Shown: in pieces, positions 39,601 to 52,910 of the stretch
Layout of the letters: the number at the start of each line of letters is the position of its first letter
Position numbering within the stretch: position 1 is the first letter of the stretch
Source: Cirrosporium novae-zelandiae
Lineage: Eukaryota
Direction: 5' to 3'
NCBI GenBank assembly: GCA_026023565.1
Contig: JAPETS010000029.1
Location: 62,001 to 126,000, forward strand
DNA: 64,000 nt
Program-made: the position numbers and the translations under genes
Notes under the pieces: model-generated
Told to the model about the DNA's origin: nothing
The model's database searches: none
What the model saw: the letters and a program-made list of their open reading frames with translations, nothing else

Positions 39601-42600
39601 GGAATAATGAGCACCAAAAGACAGGGACGCATTTCCTGGATCGAAAGCGAGCCTGAAATAATTGGGAATTGTTGCCTCGACCCCTAGAAGGAGCAATAGA
39701 CGTGTTACACAGTTTGTGATGGAAGATTGAGCGATAAAATAAGTGAAGGATTGCAGACTGGGTATACGTATATCATGCCCTTGGCGCGCTGAAATTAGCC
39801 TTCAGTTTTGTTAGTCGGCATGTCCGCGAAGATAACTGGCGACGGAGCGCGCTGGTGGTTCGAGGAATCTGGGCAGGTGTGATTGGTAGGTACCTTTGTC
39901 TAGTGAACAAGGCGGCCTGCGGCGGTGTACATGCACCTCTTAGATAACTTAATAATGGCCATAACCTGGTCATATATTCGTATTCCATCAAATGCAGGCA
40001 ACCGCCTAAAGGGAACTTTCGAGAGCAAAGCCAACACACGTCAAGAGTTTGAAGGCTTGTGCTTTGACAGGGATGCGGCCGTTACACGGTATCGGAATTA
40101 ACCTTGGGTTTATAATTATTGGAAACTGGGAGTGAGAAAACATGAGTAAATGGAACCCCTACCAATACTGCAAGGCCCTTAGGCCATCCGCTGGGTGATG
40201 GTTTTGTGATTTTGCTATAGAGGCCTGGGGTGAAGATGGACGACTCTTCAGTAAGAATTAAAAGGTCTTTGAGGAGTCATCGGAGGAATAATTATTGCTA
40301 AGGAAAACTGCATGTGGGAGAATATGCGGGATCCTTGCCGAAACAAGGTTGAGCCAGAGGATTCTTCGCATGATCAATCCTCATGTCCATGAGAACAGGA
40401 AGAATATCTTGATCTTCAAGAGGGAACTGGTTGTACCGCCGGACAGTTAGGCATGTTTTAATGCATATATGTTAGGTATCTACAAGGTTCCGACGTCAGC
40501 AGTCTCCGCAAGAGCAAAAGTGCGAAATGGGCTCATTAGACCCTCCGACTCCGACTGCGACTGCAACTTTGACCGTGACTGCGAAGTGGAGTGTGGAGTG
40601 TGGAGTGTGGAGTGAATGATTTGTAGAAAGTAGTAAGAAGGTAACTCGGGTGTGTTGTAGCTTGGCTCTTCCTTTTTGTTGTTCCCGGACCCTGGCTTTT
40701 CTGTCAGCTAGATTTCCGAATATGTCCTGCTTAACCATATAAATTGCTGACTATCGAGTGAGGTGGAGTCCTGATTGGAGCCAAGATTACGACTGCATAC
40801 TCGAGTATCTGGGAGGATACTTTTAGGATCCTCTCTGCATTCCTATCATTCTGTAACGTGTAAGGAGCAGTTATCTGTTCAGTAGAGCAGAGCGAAAATG
40901 AAAGGTGTAGCGTGTTATCGATAAGTATAATTTGTTTCTTTATTTCTTTACCCCTTCCTCTTCAGCCTACATCTGGTATTCTTATCTGGTCTTACTGTCG
41001 ATCTTGTTTCCGTAATCTTTCCTCCCAGATTGTTGAGGCTGGTTGGTGGGTAGGTTGGTTGTTGTTTTTTTTAGATTTTGGACATTTTATGTTATTTTTT
41101 ATTTTACGACAAGTTTTGTTTTTACTTCTAACCAACTTATGGCATTCTTTCCAGTTGGCTGGCCCTGCGGCCTGACTACTGCTTTTACTATAGTATACGG
41201 TACGACTACAATGCATCGACAAAGGAGGCATTGGAGTAATATCCATATCGACCATGACTTATTGGTGGACTTTACTTGTAACTCAGTTTCTCGATGCTAC
41301 TCAGACTCTGACATAATAATTGGGGAGAATGGGGGGGAAGAACGATCAAGAGATGATTGGTAGATTGTTTTTTTTCTCTCTTGATTCTTTGGAGAATGTC
41401 TACAATAATCAAGCCAAGTAATGATGATGGTTTCAAGTAATGTTGCTTATACAAGTACTCCAGTAGGGATTGAGGGTGGTTGGTGAGTTGAGACGAATCC
41501 GGAAGTGGTTGAGCTTGATTTTTTGTTGGAGCTGGATGATGCGGGCGTTCGCCATGGCAAATCAAAAGGTTATGATGATTTCTTGATTCTTCCAAGAAGC
41601 TGTCAGGTTGAATTAGTGCAGCCTTGGAGCCGACTCGACCGTACCGCTGGGGAAATATTGACGTTGAAGGCTGACCCAAACTGGAAATGTGCGTTCAACA
41701 TACTCTGTAAAATACCTGACGTCCAGTGAACAAAGTCAGAACACCAAGTACTTTATTCGTGGACACGTTTGAGGAGGAAGTTTTGACCTCCCAGATGGTG
41801 GCAGCCCATGGGTCTTGCGGGAGCCATCGCACTACTGTACCTTCAATTGGATTCCCATGGAAATGGAATTGGCTTGAGAATGATAGAGTGACCAGTGATT
41901 TGAAACTCTTTGTAACTTTGGGGGTTTCGATCGCTTGTTTTACTCCAAAGACGTCTAAGGAAAAAATTGGGGACTGTGTACAGGGTCTAGCTAGGACATG
42001 TGTGGGAACCACTTGACCCATTGGAACTTGCTGCGTCACATGTACCATCTGTACTCATCGGAAAGAAGGATACAGACAGACAGACAGACAAGGCAGGCGG
42101 AGTGGACGGACAGACTACGATACGAGTAATGTTGGAATACGGGGGCTGTATGCGGGAGGATGTACGAGGGGAGGTACGGAAGGATGTAGCAGGAGAAGGC
42201 TGAAATAGAGATGGTAATGGATTGGGGGGGGGGGATGGATAATAGAAGATGAATAGTGATGGAGGATGGGGTGGAGGATGGGGTGGAGGATGGATGGAGG
42301 ATGAATAATGATGATGATAATGATGATGATAATGATAAATAATAATGATGTTGATGATTATAGTTATTCGGGCTATGATAATGGGGGATAATAATGGCTT
42401 TGAAGGATCTACAGGATAACAGATTTGATTCTATCTAATTAATAACAATGGTAACTAGATGGGAGATTTTTAATGTTTTTAATTAAACCTTGGGGTTGGG
42501 TCATGTTTCTAATTTGGAGAAATAAAAGTTGATGTTATGAATGCTGCTAAAATGGACGAAGAAGGCGAAGTAGTACAATAACACAAAATACGGGGGGGAA

Positions 42601-43876
42601 CTAATTAATTAGAATTAGTTGGATTTTTGTGGTTTTAGTTGAACGATGGAAAGACTAAACGAAGCTTTCTGTTAAGCTAAAAAACTTCCACCCATCCAGC
42701 CACCCACACACCCCCACCCCTGCCATTCACCCCCCTGGTTAGTTTAGTTACCAATTACGCCTCCAGAGATAGGAAACAGAAACCTCACCAGCATGAGACA
42801 GGGCAGCTAAAGAACAGATAGAATGAGTACCTAAGGTTTAAACAATCATCATGTAGGTATTTCATCTCATTATTCACTCTCTCGGTGGCTTTGTTTTAAA
42901 AAAACAAGAACACAAAAGAAAATACCTAGGTACTGTACATAAAAAACACTACGTGGGGTCCTATTACCAGTCATACCAATACATCCATGTATGCCATGTA
43001 TGCGATTTATCCTCAGCAATCTACCAATTGGAGGATTTGACTCACCAAACCTCTGACAATTCTTCTAGATATAATACCTAGATACCTAAGGTAAGACCTG
43101 GGGAACTTAAAACCAAAACCAAAACTAAACCCAAAAGAAAGAAAAAAACAGTTATGATACCAACTAGTTACCTTACCTCATCCTATTGACCCTATCCCAT
43201 ACTTTCATTCACCTATAGAGAAGGAGCCAGTGGTAAGGAAAAAAAGAAACAAAACAAAAAAAAGTAGGCCATGTACAATCTGAATAGCTTCGCATATGCA
43301 CCTGCGCAACTCTACTTACTCCGCCTTCTCCGTATTCTTGCTTCACCACACATGCTCCTCACACTCACTCTCACACTCATCCTCATCCTCGCCCCTTGTC
43401 TTTGTACCCAGATTGCCCCAAAACCCAAAAAACCCTAAGGTAAATTGTTCGTGTCTTGCCCTCGTTGGTCCACACCCACTCCTAGCTTCAATACATCCCG
43501 GTGCCTGCCTATACATGTTTCTCGTCGAGCCGCATATCCCACCAAAAAATTTGATCCTCAGCTGGCGCGCTTGGCTTTCAAGCCAGCCTCTCCTTAGAGT
43601 TCTATTTTGTTGCTACTTACTGTGCTCAGTCGGGGAATTGTCCAGACCCTTTAATGCTCGGCAGAGCTGACCAGGCTGACGTTATAGGTCGAATGCCTGC
43701 TGCTATTTATCACACTCTGACCACGACCTTTTAAAACCTTTGATATATCATGGGCCTCCCCCCATGCTTTTACCTCTAGTTCTATGAAAAGAAATCACGA
43801 TCATTTGCACTCTCCACTCCTTGGTCGTTATCTTTTTTTTCTAGATATACCAATCTCCACTCCAATCACAACAACC

Positions 43877-45190
43877 ATGACGACAGCATCACCGCCCGTA
43901 GATGCTGTCCGAATTTTTGAACAACCTCCCCCGGCTTCACCAAAACCAGCTCCTCCCCGGAAGTTAAGAGCATCTTGTGACGGCTGCTATCTCTCCAAGG
44001 TCAAATGTACAAAAGAGAGGCCTACCTGTCACCGATGTACGAATTTATCCATGATTTGCAAATATAGCCCCTCGCAGCGGATGGGAAAGCCTCGAGCTTC
44101 CCGCCAGGCCTCAGATCTAGCAAACACCCACCACAGGAAATCCTCAACCTCGACTTCCATTAATACGTCAATCACCATGACAAGACCAGAACCTGAGGCT
44201 GCTTTCGTAGACCCTAATAATTCATTTCAACACTGGGAGGGGCCGACCTTTCAAAACCAACTGGGCTTCTCTGGGTTTTTGCCCGTTACCAATGATTTTG
44301 ACGGAGGAGTTAATAATATGGCCTGGACAGACTCAATGATGGTAGATGGAGACAGCGGAGGTAGTAACTACGGAGGTAGTATCAACGACTCCAGCCGTAA
44401 CTCAAGCATAGTCTTTACTCGAAACTCGTTCTCCAAATCCGCAACATCTCTGATGGACCATCAATTAAATTCCCAAGATTCCTCAGTTACTCTCAAACAA
44501 TGGGGTGATATGAACCAAACCCCATATGCCCCTATGTCGGAGGACCTATCAGTGATACAGGACGAATTCCCTTCTCAATCATATTTCTCACCGCCATCAT
44601 ACGATTGTTTTACGGAGTCCCCCCCTGGCTGCCTGCCATCACCTCCGGAAGTCAACTATACACCTAACCATCATCACGACTGTGCAGGTCTTACGCTTAG
44701 CACCATGCATAACGTACATCTTGCATCAAACCAACCTTGTTCTCGGCCCACTATCGACAAAGTGCTTACACATAACAAAGCTGCTCTCCACAATGCACAT
44801 ACACTTCTGAATTGCCCCTGTCCTCGAGAGCCGCATATGATCATCATGCTCTCTGTTATCATCTCCAAGCTCCTTTCTTGGTACCAAGCCCTGGGAAGGA
44901 TCTCGATCGCTGATGCACAGAACGTGGCACCACCTTCTTCCCTCACAGTTGGAGAATATAGACTGGAAGGGGATGACGCAGACCGAATTCGGGTGCAGCT
45001 GGTGCTCAACGAACTACGCAAGATTGAGAAACTGGTCGAGGGATTTAGCGATAGGTTCTGCAGCGGTGGTGAAGCCGACGCCGAGACTGGTAATGTGTAC
45101 ATGGCCCTCGGAGGATTTCTAAAGCGCAGACTACTGGAAACTAAGGATGAGCTGCAGAGAATCTCGATGGGAGAGAGGGAGGGAAATTAG
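43877..45190 (+). CDS. AflR-like Zn(II)2Cys6 transcription factor
   Basis: KLRASCDGCYLSKVKCTKERPTCHRCTNLSMICKYS..RMGKP plus AflR-type C-terminal block (LLNCPC, IISKLLSWY, VGEYRL, QLVLNELRK). Start placed at ATG 43877 (ACCATG context); in-frame ATG 43784 is an alternative. Confidence 0.9.
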   Translation: MTTASPPVDAVRIFEQPPPASPKPAPPRKLRASCDGCYLSKVKCTKERPTCHRCTNLSMICKYSPSQRMGKPRASRQASDLANTHHRKSSTSTSINTSITMTRPEPEAAFVDPNNSFQHWEGPTFQNQLGFSGFLPVTNDFDGGVNNMAWTDSMMVDGDSGGSNYGGSINDSSRNSSIVFTRNSFSKSATSLMDHQLNSQDSSVTLKQWGDMNQTPYAPMSEDLSVIQDEFPSQSYFSPPSYDCFTESPPGCLPSPPEVNYTPNHHHDCAGLTLSTMHNVHLASNQPCSRPTIDKVLTHNKAALHNAHTLLNCPCPREPHMIIMLSVIISKLLSWYQALGRISIADAQNVAPPSSLTVGEYRLEGDDADRIRVQLVLNELRKIEKLVEGFSDRFCSGGEADAETGNVYMALGGFLKRRLLETKDELQRISMGEREGN

Positions 45191-45702
45191 TGAGATTGGA
45201 TGATGATAAAAGTCTACAGTTCTACGTTCTCTCGGGATGTGGCTTTAGCGTGGTTGCATGGAGCGTGAGGCGCATGTTGGAGTTTACTGGGACTTACGTG
45301 CGGGAGTTTGCGTACGGGGGTCTATTTGATGAGTCGGAGTTGCATCCACTATCTGTTGATCAGCAAACTTGGAGTTGCATGTTTTTTTTAAATTTCATTT
45401 GTGATTCAACATATTGGCCTGAATGTGAAATGTCTAGGCCTGATGACAAAACATTAATTAGAGTGGTCGCCTCACGGTTGATGATGAAGATCTCAATCGC
45501 TTAATCAAACCGATTAATTAATCTAATTGTGACTTCCTCATCCAAGTTTTCCTTGTTTTTTTTTACGTATACAGAACCGATTTACTATGCAAGATGAGCA
45601 AAAGACAATAGCGTGGATGTTGGTGCTCGTATCTACGCATCTACTCTGCCTAATTCAGTAATTGTAGAAGGTAGTGCCGACGGGTGTGCACAGGGGAGAA
45701 TT

Positions 45703-45750
45703 GTGACAATCAGTGACAATTAGTGACAACGAGTGACAAAGGATAACAAT
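45703..45750. repeat. 10-bp tandem repeat (AGTGACAAT-like) x4-5
   Basis: gtgacaat cagtgacaat tagtgacaac gagtgacaaa ggataacaat. Confidence 0.6.
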
Positions 45751-48700
45751 GGATGATAGTGAATGACTTGTCGCTTAAAGGGGAGGTGATGTTCATTAAC
45801 TAAACAACGGTTATTTGATAGTAGAAGGAGCTTGTAGCCCAATTGGGTAGGGAACTTGTCGATCATTTCCTATTTGGGGAATGCAAAGTTATGCTTACTT
45901 GGAGATGACACCAATGGTCCGGTATTATTGAGTGCCACTGAGGAGTAACTTGTAAGTAAAGTGCCTATTAAAAAAAAGAAGCAGTTGTAGAGGAAGGATG
46001 CAGGATCTGCCAAGCTGGTAAGCGGTAAGGGAGCGGTAAAACGGATTCAACCCGCTTCGCCTCTTGAGGGTTCGGGTTCTCTCTCAGGCCTCTCAGGCCT
46101 CTCAGGCTTTCCAGGTCCCTCAGGTCTTCCCTGGTCTCTCCCTCCCTCGGGCCTTTCCTCGGGCCTCCTTTGACTATTTCCATCCAATTCTTAACAACAT
46201 CTCACCACCATTATGATTAATTTCGTGTCCCCCTTTATCTCTCGGCCTCTAGCTATTTGACACCAAAGCTGTTGAGGTGGCATTCTAATACGAACTTCTC
46301 ACCCTCCCTCGTCTTTTTTTTTGTTCCATTTTCCCATTTTCTATTTTCCAGCCCTATCGACGTCAATTGAACTAAGGTCCCCTTAAACCTCCTTAAGCTC
46401 CTCTAAGCTCCAGCAAGCGTTACTTAGTCTGACCGTTGATCAATGACGATCATGTTGGAAAACATGCAACCCTCCCTGAAGGCTCGGGCATATTTCCGAT
46501 TTAGGACGATCCTCTAAGGCTGTGACCCAAGCCGACTATGCCTAAATCTCAAAGGCTCGTGGGATATTCTTCCAATCCATTCCAATCCCCGCCTCCACAA
46601 TCAAATCCCCTCCTTTTTCTAACCCTTCAGCCTCGTCACATCCTGCCACCACAATCTACACATCACCACCATTATCGTTGACCATAAGGCTATTCAGGTC
46701 AACTGCCGAATCCGCTGTGTCTGCATCACGGGGAGAGGAACATTCCACCATCTATCTTTAACATAAAACTCGGGCTAACTTCATTTTTTTCCTCCCTAGA
46801 CCCCTGAGCCTAGTCAGCCACCTACCGTGTAGCTTATCTTCCCAGAACATAGCCAAAGTATCAGACTATCTCCTTACTCTATCTCATACACCAACTGCAA
46901 CTCCATCCTATCTCCACAATACTCCGCAAGAGTCAAGACAGCTAAAAAGACGTCTCTGCTGAGTCAGTTTGATACCATCTTGCCTCACCTTCTCGCTGGG
47001 CAATCAATGGCAACCGTAGCTCTTTATAGCGCCATGTCCGCCCAGACAATTCGACCTAAACCGGTTGACTTGGCATATCTGACGGCATCCACCGTCGCTG
47101 TATTTTCCTATCTCACATGTGAAAGGATTCGAACACGAAGATTATGCATAAATTGTTTTCATAAGATAATATGGCATGATGGTCTAAGACATTTGTTTAT
47201 CATACTTTGTCTGTGCCCATTCTTTATAAGTGGGATTAATAGAATAAATGGAATTACCGGGATAACTGCATGTCAGCACAAACAGCCCTGCCAATATACC
47301 TTGTATATCGAAATCAAGCAGTTGGTCCGAACATGGCATTCATGATGGTGGTTGGACTAATGTGACCAGGTTCTCAGGACCCCAATCAATCCCAGCAATG
47401 CTCAGGTGGATACCGAGTTTATGAACTCTGATATGAACAAACTCACGAGATACGGAGAATTTGTCTCGAGGTGGTCAAGGTGGGGAACTGACTGAGAAGC
47501 TGTCGATATTCTACTAAGTAGCGCTAAGGGCCATGATTATCCCGCACCTTTTCTCCGAGTCTACTCTCTGACGTTTGTAGTCGGGAGGGACGGCGACAAG
47601 GATAGAAATACCAGCATCTTACTTTCGCGCCCAACAACTCATTCACCTTTTATCCTTCAACATATCAACCTAGCAACAATAAAATCGGCGATATCTCTAC
47701 CTAGTGTCTTTCTATGTACCTTGGCAGTCCAGCAGCATGATGGCCATATTTGCAGGTTGCAATTTATTGACTTCCGGGTTCCAAGATTTGGTGTTGCATT
47801 CCGAGATATGACATGCAGATCCTCCTCCGATCTACAAGGTTATCTTTACACCTCCTATTCTAATTATCTGTGGAGATTCTCCACTTCTCACTGCTGGAAG
47901 CTGTTGCCTGTGAATCCTAAACAGGCAGTCGAGATGTGTTGTTTCGGGTTAGGTCAGCATACCCAAGCAGTCCAAACACGATCAAGTTTCCAGGGAAGAT
48001 TCCAAATGGGTTCCTCTTTCATCTTTTCTTGACCCTTGCTCACCTTCACATTGAGAGGTTCTAACGTTGTCTAGCACGTCATTCAATTGTGGTTAAGGTT
48101 AGAGTTAGACTTTTGTTTCCAACTCTATAAATCCCCTAGGGTTATGGTGCATCACATGCCAAGAGTTTATCCTTGCTGGTTCCGTTCTTCCCGACTTCTT
48201 ACTGGTTGGCTCAGGGGAGAGTAAGCCGTAACTCTCGGAATGAGGGAGGAGAGACGTACAATTCCAACGTACATTCAGGCCGGTTTTTACGATCAGACCA
48301 CTCAACTCCGAGGACTGTCAGCGAAATCGATTACTAATCTCATGAAGACGAAGGTAGAATAACAAATTTCATTTACCTTTACAGCCTGGTGAATTTTTTG
48401 TCTACGTTGGTTACACCGGAATATTTCAAATTATAAATTCCCAGCCAAAATTAGGGATTTGCAAACTCAATCCGATTATGAGTCTGTCCGTTCTAGGATT
48501 GACAGAGAAGTGAAAAAAAATCGACAAGCTTTTCATACCATTCAGATTTCAGATTAGACCCTTGGCAATTTCCTATTCGAGCATTCTCCTTTTTTGATAA
48601 TAATCCTGGTTCTAGGGTCTTTGCAATGTTCCGAGGTGGATCAGAGCATGAAACTGACAATACCTATACCATAGTCTCCGCTTGCATAGATGTCCCAGAT

Positions 48701-51700
48701 CTCTTCCAGGACCGCTCAGATCATATCTTGAACAAGCTTAGGTATGTGATTTTGTGTATGGTTCTTTATTAAATTTATCCAAAATATTCTAGTTATACTA
48801 TCTAGTCTTGGCACGGCATCTTCCGAGATCCTTAACAGAAACCACAGGTATATGGTTATAGGCATAAATGCGAAATGCCTGTCGCAATCTCTTCATACTT
48901 GCCCCTTCATCTAGAAGACAGTGGATACTGTCTGAAATCAAAAATATACTTCAAATGTGACTTTGGTTGTGACTCTAGTGTTTTCAAGATGTCTTGCCTC
49001 TCCTGTAGCAGCGATATTATGACACAGCTGCTTACTTGACCTCCGTGCCTCGATAGATCTTCGGTAGAATGGGGCCGGTAGTAGAAAAGCGGAATTATGC
49101 GGATACATGCGATTCGGAGTCAGCATCGATATACTACGCTTAGCCCATAAATCAACCTTCTTTCTTAGAAAGTATTGTTGATGTCATTACACAATACATT
49201 ATGCTCTAATGACGGCCTGTGTAATTTCTAGCAGTGTTCAAGGAAGCATACAGAAACCAGCAGGGAAAGTGAAAGAATACTAACATGACTTAAGTGTGTG
49301 AAGCAACGCGTTCCAATGTCTCATATCTCGTCGTCGCCATTCTATTGAAATCCTTGGGCTCAGTAATTATCGCATCCTAGTTTAATAAACCTATGACCTA
49401 TCAACACGTGTCTTAATCCTCCTTTTATTGAAAAATTCTCTCTTTTAGATGGCATTGAATACCCGCTTCGGATTAAAGTGGCTTGATCTTATTTTTATTG
49501 TCCTACCGAAACCATTGTGATATGAACATCATTCAATCTGGTCCCACATTCCGAAGGTCATAAATGATAGGTGTGTCCAACATTTTCTTCCATGTACGTT
49601 GCAGAAGAGCGTTGTCTGACGAATTAAATGATAAATCCAAACCCGGCTTTACATTCTAGAATCTGAGCATGTTGGGATCCGTAATACAAGACCAACGGTC
49701 ATAAAGCCATGCTCCACCAATATTCAATATACCCCGATGTATCCCATTTGTGTCGCCTCAGAAAGATGACTATTTTTTTTCTTTTCGGGATTTTTTAGCT
49801 AGAGTGTCAGCTGATTGTCTGTCGATTGTCTATCTACCAAAGATGTTACATTATATTTCTTGGTCAATATTTTCTTGATGTCTAACTATAGCTACGTTGT
49901 ATACGCATCATCATGCTCATTCATCTCTCTATCACATCATAAAACTCTTTATACTTAATAATTCGAAGCAGAATTCTATTGGTTTGGTTACTCTTCTCTG
50001 CTTAACCTGAAGCTTTTACCGTCGATGATGGGAGAGGCCTACTGACTGCAAATTTCAATATTGATGCGACAGAATACCCTTGCACTCTCTCATCAATAGC
50101 CCTCTCAGTGTAGGACTGGTCTACCATCAAACGATTTTTACTGCCATGCTATGGCATTCTATACATTCTCCGTCCCTATTACTCCATTTTCTGTCCTGAC
50201 TCTTATTGGACAAGGCAATACCACCTTGATTTTCAACAGGGCCAAAGCCCACAATTCCTATTTCCCCTTAACACTCAGTGATATTCATCCTTCTCCATCC
50301 TATTCTCCTATAAATCCCATTTAACTCTGCCTCGCGCATACTGGGTGCTAGGACATAATTTCTTTTATTTCAAAGTTGTTGTTTGGCCTCTTATTCCAGC
50401 TTTGGCGGATCTACCTACGGAGCTCACTGGAATATCTCATATCATATCATAAATTATTTCTTTCCGCGTGGCCTATGAATAATACATAGCCTAAGGAATG
50501 TTCCTCGAGTCCTCTATTTTTTTTTTCTGTGCTGTACACTTTTATCTTCTCATTCGGGTACATTTATTAATCTCCTTGAAAGCAAGCCTCTCATTCTCGA
50601 ATGGAATGGGATAGAGCAGGTAGGTCATCATCGATCCCTACTAATTAGTACTGCATTTCATACTAACATCATATCAAAGCAGTCATGGATGGCTAATATC
50701 CCCATCACTATCACAAAATCAACTAAACCATCTCATCTCTTATTTCCTATTTTTCCTTTTCAACATTGAAGCTGGTTTCAATCGTAACTGTGAACTGGAT
50801 ACATGACACAACTTAAAGAAATAAGTAGACGGTTACCGAGGGGGGGGGGGTACCGAAGACGGGCCAATTTAAACTTTGGCCCCCAGGTGAAACTACTGGC
50901 TTGTCAACACCACAAATAGCCAGCCTCCAGCTTCTAATGAAGGGAGCTACAATAGTAAAGCAGCGGACTAATTAATTAATACCTACCTACTTTAGCAGTG
51001 TTGTTTATTTCAACTACATATTACCCGTATATGAAGTATATAACAAGGAAAGGTGGTGCATGGTGTATAGGTGTATGTATGTATGTATATATGTATGTGC
51101 GAAAACCCCCTTCCCTTCCTAAACTAAAATCACCACACAACCACCACAATCGAAGTTCCCAACGCCACATCCATATCCACAAAGCCATCAAACGTCGCAA
51201 AACGCCCACCAACCACCCCCCCCAAGAAAAATAAAAATAAAAAAACAAGAAGGATCATTAAACTCATAGTTCGATTTACATATTATATCTAACAGCATTG
51301 TCCGCCATAGCTTTTAAGCAAGATGCAGACATAAAACAATGAATTATCATCATGTATCTAACGGCTTTGCTGTTTGTTAGTTGCTGCTAGGTACTTATTT
51401 ATTACTAGATGAATGAGGGGGGGTAATTATACTGCTGCTTAGGTTGACTAAACTTTTGGGTGTGGGATTTTACGTGAATGGTTTATTTTGGGGATTTTTA
51501 GGGATTGGGAATTTGGGATGATAGTGATGATAATGATAATGACAAGACAGGGTAGGTGAAAAGAGAAGGGAAGGAAAGAACAACGACAACGGTTGAAATA
51601 CATACATATATACGGAAATAGAAAAGGGCGAACGAAGGAAGAGGAGAAACTACCCAACTACCCAACTACTTGTTTGTAATTATTCATTCATTCTATTTGT

Positions 51701-52340
51701 AAATAATTATTATCCTAGTCTAGGTGGTTTTATTTTGTTACTCATGCCATGCATGCCTCAGGCGCCAGCCACCCCCAGAATAGGGCTAATTAGGGCTAGG
51801 GCAGGCATTACTAATTTAATGACTGATTAGTTAAGCCCGCACAGTACAGTAAAAGGGGCCAAACACCTGTTAGTAATTAATCACCCCGCGCACCACCCAG
51901 AAACTTTTACTTTACTTCCCTTGCATCCTGCATATTTTATAAAACTATATGTGCATGTATGTACATGTACTCGGTATGAAAACCCTAAAATCCTAAATTT
52001 CTGAACTTGTGGTTGAGTGAGTGTTTCAGGCTATTGTGTGTGTATGTGCGTTGACTAAGAATATATTTTATTGAGTTTTTTGATCTGACTGACTGAGAAA
52101 GAGAGAGACCTGAGACCTGGGACCTGAGACCCAAGGTGTGTATTTTATTTGTATTTTATTTGATTAGGGTTTTGGTTGTTATTGAGCTTTCTTTCTTTCT
52201 ACCTAGACCTAACTGAGACTGAAGACCGAGACTGAGAGGGGCGTTTGTATTGATTAATTTATAAAACTCATTTTTTTGGTTGAGGGTTGTGATGGTTAAG
52301 GGTTATCAGCGGGGAAGGGGAGGGGGCGACTGAGATTGGT

Positions 52341-52910
52341 GACTGAGACTTGAGCTTGAAACTGTGAGGTTTATGCTGAGGTTTACGCATTGAACATCTA
52401 TCCATCTAACTGAGGGGTTGTATTGAGACCCGTGCGTGTGTGCGTGAGTTTCTTCTATTGAGATATTGAGATGGCGACTGTCACCGAAAGATAGAGACAT
52501 GCAACTGAACATTCTATCGAAGCTTCTGCTTGCTTGAAACATTCTCCTACAGTAACCTTCTCTTTTTACTGAGTATTTTTTAAAACTTTGCTAAGCTGGT
52601 GACTGAGCTTGAAACTCGAGGTTTACCCATTGAACATCTAGATGACTTGAGCTTCTTTCTTTCTGGTCCCGAGACATTGTATGTATTGTATTGTCTTGAT
52701 TAGTAGGATATCATGAGTAAATTTGAATTTCTAATCATTGTTGTAGGTGGCGACCGAGATTATAAAATCGTGATTAAAGCTTATAAAAATTATATCTAAC
52801 TAAAATATTTTATCTACCAAATATATCACTAAGTACATGCATGCAACCGAACATTCTATCGAAACTTCTGTTTGTGAAACATTCTTTCTCCTAATATACC
52901 TTCTTTTTTA
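52341..52910. repeat. Diverged tandem duplication (unit ~260-340 bp)
   Basis: tgagcttgaaact..gaggtttac.cattgaacatcta at ~52351-52400 and ~52604-52640; catgcaac.gaacattctatcgaa.cttctg..tg..gaaacattct at ~52498-52544 and ~52840-52885. Confidence 0.65.

Noticed and set aside
34000..40000. Possible highly decayed NACHT/ankyrin-type gene on the minus strand
   Set aside because: Only vague, fragmentary resemblances; not supportable without alignment.
40900..42250. Cluster of 70-135-aa ORFs upstream of the transcription factor
   Set aside because: No consistent frame, splice structure or motif.
46980..50500. Possible decayed gene downstream of the transcription factor
   Set aside because: No recognisable domain in the frames examined.
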